Origin: a virus
Strand: one strand, 5' to 3'
IMG/VR virus record: IMGVR_UViG_3300026097_000805
Coordinates: 115,648 to 179,647 of that record
Length of the DNA stretch: 64,000 bases
Below the pieces are notes generated by a model that ran no database searches, had not been told where the DNA came from, and saw nothing but the letters and a program-made list of their open reading frames with translations. Made by a program: the position numbers and the translations under genes. Positions 35,675 through 43,111 of this stretch are shown piece by piece (positions within the stretch are counted from its first letter, which is position 1; the number at the start of each line of letters is the position of its first letter).

Positions 35675-36052
35675 CTAACTGTGTGCTTTAAACCAATCAC
35701 CAGAACTACGCTGACAATAGATTTCTTGGAAATATTTTGGTTTATTTTTGTAGTATAGAGTGTTCAGCATAGTATGACATCCGTTGCTATCAATCTTGGC
35801 CAGTTTTACAATGCCAATAGCACTCCGTGTCTGCCACTTGCATTCTTCTCCTGCAGACATTTCTCTAAGAGCAAAGTCAACACAGCGTTGATGTTCTCGC
35901 ATACTATTACGAGGAACCGTATAATATAAATCTCTAGATAGATTTACACCTAAGTCTACGACACTACCCGTGTGTTGATACTTTGAATTTACAGTCATGC
36001 CACTTCCACATGCTGTCAAACTAATTAAAATTGGGATAAGCAAAAGCCTCAT
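35675..36052 (-). CDS. Lipoprotein
   Basis: Lipobox LTAC. Confidence 0.65.
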   Translation of the reverse strand: MRLLLIPILISLTACGSGMTVNSKYQHTGSVVDLGVNLSRDLYYTVPRNSMREHQRCVDFALREMSAGEECKWQTRSAIGIVKLAKIDSNGCHTMLNTLYYKNKPKYFQEIYCQRSSGDWFKAHS

Positions 36053-36392
36053 TTACTGGCCTCCATACTGTTTTACCCATAGGGTCTGTGAATCTACACA
36101 GTAAAGTTTCACCATATTTTGGATTAGATCTATTAGAATTTAAAGGTCTACTAATCCTGCAATCACTTGCTATACCCGCATCTTTCACTACATGCTCCAC
36201 ACGCGGTTTATCTGTGCATTGCACTTTTGTTCGAGACTTAACTTGTGTTCGATCTTCCATTTCGATAATCTCATCAGTATAGCAATACTGATGTTGATCT
36301 GCACTAGATGCAACTTGAGGGGTGCTTGAACACCCCGCAAGAATACTAGTTAGCAGGAGTAGGGGAAACGACAACTTGAGGTGCGTTTTCAT
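36021..36392 (-). CDS. Lipoprotein
   Basis: Lipobox LAGC; start MKTHLK. Confidence 0.65.
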   Translation of the reverse strand: MKTHLKLSFPLLLLTSILAGCSSTPQVASSADQHQYCYTDEIIEMEDRTQVKSRTKVQCTDKPRVEHVVKDAGIASDCRISRPLNSNRSNPKYGETLLCRFTDPMGKTVWRPVNEAFAYPNFN

Positions 36393-36885
36393 TCTTAGCC
36401 TCTTGCAATAAACCATTAAACACTTCTAGCGGCATTTTAATACGCACATAAGTGTGTACGCGACCAGTGCTTGCTAGCTCATAAGAATAACGTTTAACTT
36501 CTAAATGTTCGCGAATACTTGTTTTACGCACGGCATGCTCAACATATGTGCGAGTATTGCGCATTTCATTAGCATCGTTGCCTATGATATCAATTGTAGT
36601 AGAGCTATTAACTTCACCGTTGATACGTTCTGCAAATGCTTTAACAGCAAATGCATACGCTTGTGCCTCACTTGCTTGTTCGTATCGGCTTTCGCCCATG
36701 CCGCATGCATAAGCATAGTCCTGACGATTGAAGAAAATAAATCCTTCAGTACCAATTTGTTCACAGTCTACATACCAATTAGGATGTGCCTTAGTGTCGC
36801 GCACTGTGATCTCTTGTACACTAGAACAGCCTGCAAGTGTTGCAATACCTGTTGCGAGTGCAATTGCCTTAATTGTGCCTTTCAT
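36346..36885 (-). CDS. LPP20-like lipoprotein
   Basis: Lipobox LAGC; A..QA...A..AFAERI pattern. Confidence 0.7.
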   Translation of the reverse strand: MKGTIKAIALATGIATLAGCSSVQEITVRDTKAHPNWYVDCEQIGTEGFIFFNRQDYAYACGMGESRYEQASEAQAYAFAVKAFAERINGEVNSSTTIDIIGNDANEMRNTRTYVEHAVRKTSIREHLEVKRYSYELASTGRVHTYVRIKMPLEVFNGLLQEAKNENAPQVVVSPTPAN

Positions 36886-36917
36886 TGTTGCCTCCTAGGC
36901 GTTGTTTCAGTTTTTAT

Positions 36918-36946
36918 AGTATAAGATAGTTTAAGATGTTTGTCAA
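36918..36946 (-). promoter_or_regulatory. Sigma70-type promoter
   Basis: TTGACA-17bp-TATACT. Confidence 0.75.
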
Positions 36947-36951
36947 CCATT

Positions 36952-37443
36952 TTATTCCCAGCGATAGAATACATGTACACCGATGCGTCCTACCAGCTGA
37001 AGTTCACGTGCCCATTGCGGCTTTACGTAGTCTGCGTGATAATGATCAGCGCCTTCTGTAAGTCCACGGCCTTGATTGTATTGTAGCATATTGTATGCGA
37101 TCATCTGTGCATCTACCCATGCATCTGTATCACGGGGCCAATCGCTCTTGCCGTCACAGTACCATGAGAACTGACATGCATTACGCTTCATACTACCGTC
37201 AGCAAGTTTTTTGCCTTGGCGTACCACATCACAAATAGTATCAGGATAACGAGTGTCTTGCACACGATTGAGTACTACGTCTGCAACAGCAATACGATCT
37301 GCTCGATTACTGCCGCGAGATTCATAGTATATGTTTTGTGCTAGACACCATGCTTCAGGATTTTCTTCTGCGGTGTACAGACCCTTTGCATTTGCTACTG
37401 ACGCTGACATCAATAGCACTACTGCTATTAGTAAATTTTTCAT
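36952..37443 (-). CDS. Cell-wall hydrolase (SleB/Hydrolase_2 family)
   Basis: CLAQNIYYESRG, VVLNRV, CQFSWYCDGK, HYHADYVKP.W, H.FY. Confidence 0.92.
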   Translation of the reverse strand: MKNLLIAVVLLMSASVANAKGLYTAEENPEAWCLAQNIYYESRGSNRADRIAVADVVLNRVQDTRYPDTICDVVRQGKKLADGSMKRNACQFSWYCDGKSDWPRDTDAWVDAQMIAYNMLQYNQGRGLTEGADHYHADYVKPQWARELQLVGRIGVHVFYRWE

Positions 37444-37462
37444 GATTTTGCCCTCTTGGTAT

Positions 37463-37912
37463 TTAGTTGCGGCGCATTTGCGCGATTTCTATTGCTTCTT
37501 CTTTTTTATCAGCAAACACAGGAACCATATTACTCTTATGAAGTGTTGCTATTCCAAGGAGTTGTCTTTCTCCTGAGTAGACTTGGGTTTCTTTTTTGGC
37601 TGCGAATCCTGGGACTTGATCCGACGTTTCGAGGCTTCGATACTCCTTTGTGTCGCGGACATACGGTTGGGTTGGCGCATAGGTTTTGAACTCCTTTTCT
37701 TCCTTGCGGTTGGATTTGTACTCGCCACGAATGTATGCTAGATAATCATCGAACTCTTTAAATTGTAGGCTGTGATTGTTGTTGCGGCGCATGCGTTTGT
37801 TGTACTGACGCCATTCAAGTTGTAGCCGCTCAGTGTCCTTTTGAGTCAGCTTTTTTGCTTTAGGTTTTTTAGTATTGATTGTTGTAAGCCCTCGGGCTAG
37901 CGACATCGTCAT
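37463..37912 (-). CDS. Conserved phage hypothetical protein
   Basis: YSGERQLLGIATLHKSNMVPVF motif. Confidence 0.75.
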   Translation of the reverse strand: MTMSLARGLTTINTKKPKAKKLTQKDTERLQLEWRQYNKRMRRNNNHSLQFKEFDDYLAYIRGEYKSNRKEEKEFKTYAPTQPYVRDTKEYRSLETSDQVPGFAAKKETQVYSGERQLLGIATLHKSNMVPVFADKKEEAIEIAQMRRN

Positions 37913-37917
37913 AAAAA

Positions 37918-37975
37918 AAACTCCTGCTTATTTACGTTATGTATTAACTATAGCAGGAGTTTATTACGGTGTCAA
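37918..37975 (-). promoter_or_regulatory. Sigma70 promoter overlapped by an RBS-sequestering hairpin/terminator
   Basis: TTGACA-17bp-TATAGT; AAACTCCTGCT (in promoter) is complementary to AGCAGGAGTTT (RBS). Confidence 0.65.
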
Positions 37976-37979
37976 CCGA

Positions 37980-38450
37980 TTATTTGCCTTCCATTAGCTT
38001 TACGGCTGCATCATAGTCTTCTTGTGCTATCACGCCTTCGCGTAGTAGTTTCTGTCTGTTGACCATATGCTTGGCTTGGATTTCTTCTTTGCTTCCGCCA
38101 AAGTATGCGACTGCATGACCTTCTTCAATAAGAATGTCTGTTACTTTTTTATCGCCTACTTTGAAGTCGCCCAGTATACGTCCGAACTTGCCTTTCATGT
38201 CTTCGCCGTGCTTGTTTTCTGTTGTGATAAGTTTTGCGCCTTCTGACATAAGTTCTTTGAGTCTTGCTTTGGCTGCTTCTCCAAAGAGGTCCTCCACTTT
38301 GTCTCTAGTTCTGCTCTCTGGCGTGTCAATGCCCATAATTCTAACTCGTTCATCTCTTAGTGTTACTCCAAAGCCCAAGTCAATGTCTACATCTACTGTG
38401 TCGCCATCAATTACTTTGACGACAACTACGTCATATTCATTTGTGTTCAT
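37980..38450 (-). CDS. Staphylococcal-nuclease-like (SNase) protein
   Basis: VIDGDTVDV, RVRIMGIDTPE, GKFGRILG. Confidence 0.9.
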   Translation of the reverse strand: MNTNEYDVVVVKVIDGDTVDVDIDLGFGVTLRDERVRIMGIDTPESRTRDKVEDLFGEAAKARLKELMSEGAKLITTENKHGEDMKGKFGRILGDFKVGDKKVTDILIEEGHAVAYFGGSKEEIQAKHMVNRQKLLREGVIAQEDYDAAVKLMEGK

Positions 38451-38493
38451 TTTTTATTCCCTCTAAGTTATATGCCCATAATATTTAGTCAAG

Positions 38494-38521
38494 AAAAAAG
38501 GGCGATGTCACCACCGCCCTT
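38494..38521 (-). terminator. Intrinsic terminator
   Basis: AAGGGCG-10nt-CGCCCTT followed by T-run. Confidence 0.7.
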
Positions 38522-38545
38522 GTTGCCGTTTTGTTTTGTATCAAC

Positions 38546-38947
38546 TTAAAAGTTAAGTGCTACACCGATTTCGATTTCGCCACGCTTCTCTGTGTTGAAG
38601 TCCCATGATGTTTCGCCATATGCTTGCACAGTTTGAGTAACATCATAATATGCACCCAGATCCAGTGTTGGATAACTGCCGTCTGTAAATGTATCAGCTA
38701 GTGTAAAACTGTCTGTTGCTGTCGAGTCATATACGCTGATCAATGCTCCTGCGGTTAGGTTGATTGGACCATCGACAATAGGCTGCCAATTTAGTTCTGG
38801 CTCAACTGTTGCATGTGTTGATTCTGCGTCAGCTTTGTAAAAAGCTTTTGCTTCTGTGTTGAGTTGTAGTCCTGGCACAGGCAAGTCCATTGCTGTTGCA
38901 GATGTTGCAGCCATTGCGGCTACCATTGTTAGTACGAATGTACGCAT
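38546..38947 (-). CDS. Small outer-membrane beta-barrel-like protein
   Basis: Signal peptide MRTFVLTMVAAMAATSATA, amphipathic strands, terminal Phe. Confidence 0.65.
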   Translation of the reverse strand: MRTFVLTMVAAMAATSATAMDLPVPGLQLNTEAKAFYKADAESTHATVEPELNWQPIVDGPINLTAGALISVYDSTATDSFTLADTFTDGSYPTLDLGAYYDVTQTVQAYGETSWDFNTEKRGEIEIGVALNF

Positions 38948-39063
38948 ATAAAATATTCCTTTTTTCTTATTTGGAGTGAGTTTGTTGCCCACTTAGTAAT
39001 TATAGATATGCCGAGTATTTTGCACTTGTTCTAGAGCGGATTTAAGTTGATTTTGAGTATAAT

Positions 39064-39097
39064 AAAAAAGAGTGTTGCATCGCTACAACACTCTTTT
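39064..39097 (-). terminator. Terminator after tmRNA
   Basis: AAAAGAGTGTTG-8nt-CAACACTCTTTTTT. Confidence 0.8.
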
Positions 39098-39104
39098 GCT
39101 ATGT

Positions 39105-39393
39105 TTGATAACAAGGTCTAACTACCTCGTAGCGATTAAGCCGCTAATGCCGTTTCTGGCGCATAATTGTCGTTTGCAATTATAGTTTTCGTTCGCGTTA
39201 ACCGAGCTTACATCCGGACAACTCCACTTACCTATTAAACGTCAATCGATCCTATCTCAGCCCCATCATAAACACATGCCCGACGTTTCTTATGTCTCAA
39301 TATGCTATCTGCATATCCAGCACATGTGCTTATGGTGGAGCTGCCGGGATTCGCACCCGGGTCTTGTCCGTCGTTGAGTTTGCTTCAACGTTG
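39105..39393 (-). ncRNA. ssrA: Two-piece circularly permuted tmRNA, tag ANDNYAPETALAA
   Basis: Acceptor piece ...CCGGGTGCGAATCCCGGCAGCTCCACCA (CCA ends 39333), spacer, coding piece from GGGGCTG (39264), G3:U70, tag ORF 39136-39177; outer ends approximate. Confidence 0.92.
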
Positions 39394-39424
39394 TAGTATA
39401 TTTATAACACAATTCTAAAATGTG

Positions 39425-39598
39425 TCAACCTAAAAATACCAAACCCCAGCCGTGATTGGCAATTGCATTCAGTATAATAGCAAGACAGGTAGCAATGTGT
39501 AAAAGTATCCACACTGTGCGGATCATTGCTACCTTATCTGCTTTGCGGTCGTCGTCATAGGCTTTGTGACCTATAGCTTTACACCACAGTTCCCACAT
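39425..39598 (-). CDS. Small membrane protein (57 aa)
   Basis: Manual translation MWELWCKAIG.KA..DD..ADKVAMIRT. Confidence 0.6.
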   Translation of the reverse strand: MWELWCKAIGHKAYDDDRKADKVAMIRTVWILLHIATCLAIILNAIANHGWGLVFLG

Positions 39599-39780
39599 TA
39601 CATTTCGTTTTTCTTTTCTTGGATTTCCTTACGGCGATCCTTTGTAAGTTTGCCTAGGTCACCTAGTGCTTTACGAGCACGAGCGGCAGCGGCTTTTACA
39701 CCTTTTTCGTCAAACGTTTCTGCTTCTGCAAGGTAGTTATTAAATGCTTGAACAATCTGTTCATGTGTTGTATTACTCAT
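39598..39780 (-). CDS. Small basic histone-like (Hc1-like) protein
   Basis: KGVKAAAARARKALGDLGKL.K.RRKEIQ. Confidence 0.7.
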   Translation of the reverse strand: MSNTTHEQIVQAFNNYLAEAETFDEKGVKAAAARARKALGDLGKLTKDRRKEIQEKKNEM

Positions 39781-40360
39781 TGTTTTCTCCTGTGATAATA
39801 TTATAAATTTCTTTCCAGTTCTTAACTACTTTAGCCGAACCGGTATAATTTGTATTGTGGTCGTGGCTAACAAGTATACCGTCAAGACCTAATCTAATTC
39901 CAGTATCTACATTTTCTGGTTTATCTTCTACCCAGTAGCATCCACTGTCTTTGTAAACTTCTAATTCAGCATCTTTATCTGCACCAGTGTCTAGATAAAC
40001 GTATTTTTCGAATACGCTGTTTCCAAACATTTCACGTAGGTTTTTAGTACGTAAATGCTGAGAGTAAACATCATTACTTAAACTTGTAATTGCATGAAAA
40101 ATATATCCGTGATCGGTATGTAGTTTCTTCACATATTTAATAGCATCACGAAGTGGAGGAAGTTTGCGAATCCAAGCACTTTCATTGAACATACGAATTA
40201 ACCGTTTGGTTTCATTATATTCAAGTCCGTACTTGATGTCCATCATATAGTTGCCTGTTTCCACGACTGTATAACCATGTCGTTTCATCCACTGATCAAA
40301 AGCGTATTCCCAATCGAATAATACACCGTCACAGTCTACTAGAATTAATTTGTCTTTCAT
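39773..40360 (-). CDS. HAD-family 5'(3')-deoxyribonucleotidase-like protein
   Basis: DCDGVL, WVEDKPEN. Confidence 0.8.
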   Translation of the reverse strand: MKDKLILVDCDGVLFDWEYAFDQWMKRHGYTVVETGNYMMDIKYGLEYNETKRLIRMFNESAWIRKLPPLRDAIKYVKKLHTDHGYIFHAITSLSNDVYSQHLRTKNLREMFGNSVFEKYVYLDTGADKDAELEVYKDSGCYWVEDKPENVDTGIRLGLDGILVSHDHNTNYTGSAKVVKNWKEIYNIITGENNE

Positions 40361-40390
40361 TAGAGCCTCTTATTGCCTTGTTGTGTTTAT

Positions 40391-40419
40391 ATTATAATGC
40401 CTAAGTTTTGTTTTGTCAA
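40391..40419 (-). promoter_or_regulatory. Sigma70-type promoter
   Basis: TTGACA-17bp-TATAAT. Confidence 0.8.
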
Positions 40420-40422
40420 GTC

Positions 40423-40713
40423 CTAAGGACCTGCAAATACATCAGGCGAACCTTCTGCTACACTGGTACAACCAGTAATAGCGTCTCCTACTCTCCCGCA
40501 TCCTAAGTTGTTTATAAAAACAGTTGTAGATCCTGTTGTAATAGGTGCATTATGACTAGGACACGGACTACCTGGAAGTAAATGTCCTGTGTTAACGTCT
40601 GTTTGCCTACTTACTGGAATATTGTTTACGAATACATTTCCAGAACCTTGTGCTCTGACCATTCCAGAACAATGCGGAACATCTGCATCTCCTATTCTTG
40701 TTACTGCTGGCAT
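40423..40713 (-). CDS. PAAR-repeat spike-tip protein
   Basis: MPAVTRIGD..PHC, GS.NVFVN, GRVGD. Confidence 0.9.
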   Translation of the reverse strand: MPAVTRIGDADVPHCSGMVRAQGSGNVFVNNIPVSRQTDVNTGHLLPGSPCPSHNAPITTGSTTVFINNLGCGRVGDAITGCTSVAEGSPDVFAGP

Positions 40714-40714
40714 A

Positions 40715-41194
40715 TTATCCTCCTGTACCGTTATAATTATAATTATCCATATAATATCTAATGGCTTCCCAGTCATTGTTTACATCATGCGGCACAGTTA
40801 TTGTCGTAGTTCCACTACTCATGGTATCCGTGTCATAATATGATACGGTAACACTGTATGTCTTAGTTACGATTGCAGCCATATCTTGCGTTAGATCGAA
40901 TAAATTTTTATTATCGGGCATATTTGCAATATTGATTGCTGTTTGTGTGGGTGCAGTTCCTACACTTTCTCCTGCTTCCACATAAGAAAACACATCTGAC
41001 CAACCAGAAAGATATCTTCCTGATATAGTAAATGAATTACTACTGTTGGCTACTTCAATCTCATCACCTTCGTCATTATATACTGCGTTTACAGATGTAA
41101 TTGATCCAGAACTGTGACTGAATGTTAATGTTTGGCTAAAAGGCACACCTCTTAGCGCAGGATTTACAGGATCTGGTGAATAAGAAACTGACAT
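40715..41194 (-). CDS. Hypothetical (likely virion) protein
   Basis: Beta-rich, next to PAAR. Confidence 0.6.
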   Translation of the reverse strand: MSVSYSPDPVNPALRGVPFSQTLTFSHSSGSITSVNAVYNDEGDEIEVANSSNSFTISGRYLSGWSDVFSYVEAGESVGTAPTQTAINIANMPDNKNLFDLTQDMAAIVTKTYSVTVSYYDTDTMSSGTTTITVPHDVNNDWEAIRYYMDNYNYNGTGG

Positions 41195-41391
41195 TAAAAT
41201 TTAGCTCTAGTCATGAGTTCTTGAAGACGTGCGTTCCAAGTATCCATTTCTTTATGCTGTGCTTCAGAATGAGGAGGTTCAGGGACTTCTGGTTTGAATT
41301 TTATTATATGATCAAAATCGAGAGGAATGTCTTCATAATTTTGATAGGTTTCCAAAATACCATTACGCTTTATCACAAATTCGTGCGGCAT
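41194..41391 (-). CDS. Hypothetical protein
   Basis: IIKFKPEVPEPPH motif. Confidence 0.65.
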   Translation of the reverse strand: MPHEFVIKRNGILETYQNYEDIPLDFDHIIKFKPEVPEPPHSEAQHKEMDTWNARLQELMTRAKF

Positions 41392-41679
41392 TTATACAGC
41401 TATTCCAGTAGTGCTTTGCATATATTGTTTACCCATTTCTTCATCAGTCTTATGAATGAACAAAACAGCATCTTTATTAAATTTAAATTTACTATCCGGA
41501 CTTACTGTAAAACAAAATGGACCTAATCCAATGCCTTGTTGAGTTGCCTGGAGAGCAAGCGGTTTAGTCACAGTTATCGTCTTAGCATCTTCTTCTATAA
41601 AACGTGCTACGACTTCTTCTCCTGCTGTTGTTCTTACTGTAATCGGGTCTTGTGTCTTATATGGTGTTTCAATAATCAT
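41392..41679 (-). CDS. Hypothetical Sm/SH3-like protein
   Basis: GEEVVARF...KPL. Confidence 0.65.
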   Translation of the reverse strand: MIIETPYKTQDPITVRTTAGEEVVARFIEEDAKTITVTKPLALQATQQGIGLGPFCFTVSPDSKFKFNKDAVLFIHKTDEEMGKQYMQSTTGIAV

Positions 41680-41927
41680 AATGTATGTCCTGTTCCGTTA
41701 TAGCCTGTTTCTTCTACGTATGTTCTAAGTTGATCCCAGCCGCCGATCTTTTCGCCGTTGACTACAATCTGTGGAAATGTTCTTGCACCTGGAAAGTGTT
41801 CAAGAACTTCTTCTCGAGTAAAGTCAACATCAAGTTGACGATACTCAAAGTTAAATTTGTTTTGTTCACAAAATGTCTTTGCTTGTTCGCAGTGAGGACA
41901 CTGTGCTTTACCCCAAATCTGTATCAT
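41676..41927 (-). CDS. Glutaredoxin
   Basis: CPHC, RTFPQI, IGG. Confidence 0.93.
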   Translation of the reverse strand: MIQIWGKAQCPHCEQAKTFCEQNKFNFEYRQLDVDFTREEVLEHFPGARTFPQIVVNGEKIGGWDQLRTYVEETGYNGTGHTL

Positions 41928-43051
41928 AAACTAAATCCTTTAAATGTATCAGCACTTACGTCCTGCTTTGTACCGCCTTGTATGTAGCTAGTAATCTCAG
42001 TTTCTTGCGGAGCAACTTGTACATCTGCACCTGAGATCCACTTTTGTGTCCAAGGAAGTGGATTATTTTTAATATTGAAGGGACTCTTTAGCCCTACATT
42101 TGTCATACGACGAGTTGCAATAAATTCTACATATTGCGATAAAAGCTCTGTGTTTAGACCAATCATTGATCCGTCTTTGAACAAATATTCTGCCCAACTT
42201 TTTTCTTGATTGACTGCATCAACAAACATTTGTACACTTTCGGCTTCTGTTTCTTCTGCGATCTTCGCAAACATCGGGTCGTCTTTCTTAAGAACTTTTA
42301 GAAGTGCTTGTGTACTTGCAAGGTGCAAGTTCTCATCGCGAGCAATTAGCTTAATAATCTTAGCATTGCCTTCCATCTTTTTAAGTTCTGCAAACGCCCA
42401 ACTACATGCAAAGCTCACATAGAAACGAACGCCTTCTAAAATATTAACACTCATTAGAGCAAGCCATAACTTCTTTTTAAGTTCGTACTCATCAACAACA
42501 ATTTCTTTTCCATTAACAGTATGAGTGCCATATCCCAACAAGTTATAATAACCTGCTGTTTCAATCAAGTCGTCGTAGTATTCGCTGATGCTGTCTGCAC
42601 AATCTACAATTTCTCCTACATCCATGAGTTCGTCAAATACTTTGCTAGGATTTGAGAATACATTGCGGATGATATGAGTGTAGCTACGACTGTGAATAGT
42701 TTCACTAAATGTCCAAGTAATAATCCAGTTTTCAAGTTCAGGCAAACTTACAATGCTGCCGAAACTTTCTGCTGGCGCACGGCCTTGTACACTGTCTAAT
42801 AGGATTTGACGTTTAAGATTAGATGTAAAGATATGGCGTTCATGTTCGGTTAGACCCTTGAAGTCTTTTGCATCCTGATAGATGTCGACCTCTTCTGGAC
42901 GCCAGAAAAACCCTAACTGTTTATCAGTCAATCCGTCAAATTGTTTATATTTTAGCGTGTCATAACGCTGGATAGTTGGGCCTCCGGTTGGATCAAGAAA
43001 GGCTTTTACCTTTGTATGATCTGCACGGTTATCTACTGCAAAAACGCTCAT
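41924..43051 (-). CDS. nrdB: Class Ia ribonucleotide reductase beta subunit
   Basis: FFWRPEE, LLDSVQ, ETIHSRSY, EGVRFYVSF, DENLH, QETEITSY. Confidence 0.97.
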   Translation of the reverse strand: MSVFAVDNRADHTKVKAFLDPTGGPTIQRYDTLKYKQFDGLTDKQLGFFWRPEEVDIYQDAKDFKGLTEHERHIFTSNLKRQILLDSVQGRAPAESFGSIVSLPELENWIITWTFSETIHSRSYTHIIRNVFSNPSKVFDELMDVGEIVDCADSISEYYDDLIETAGYYNLLGYGTHTVNGKEIVVDEYELKKKLWLALMSVNILEGVRFYVSFACSWAFAELKKMEGNAKIIKLIARDENLHLASTQALLKVLKKDDPMFAKIAEETEAESVQMFVDAVNQEKSWAEYLFKDGSMIGLNTELLSQYVEFIATRRMTNVGLKSPFNIKNNPLPWTQKWISGADVQVAPQETEITSYIQGGTKQDVSADTFKGFSL

Positions 43052-43079
43052 TATTTTATCATCCTTATTTTATCTGTCT

Positions 43080-43108
43080 ATTATATTGTACTCTATATTC
43101 GTTGTCAA
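43080..43108 (-). promoter_or_regulatory. Sigma70-type promoter for nrdB
   Basis: TTGACA-17bp-TATAAT. Confidence 0.8.
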
Positions 43109-43111
43109 CTA

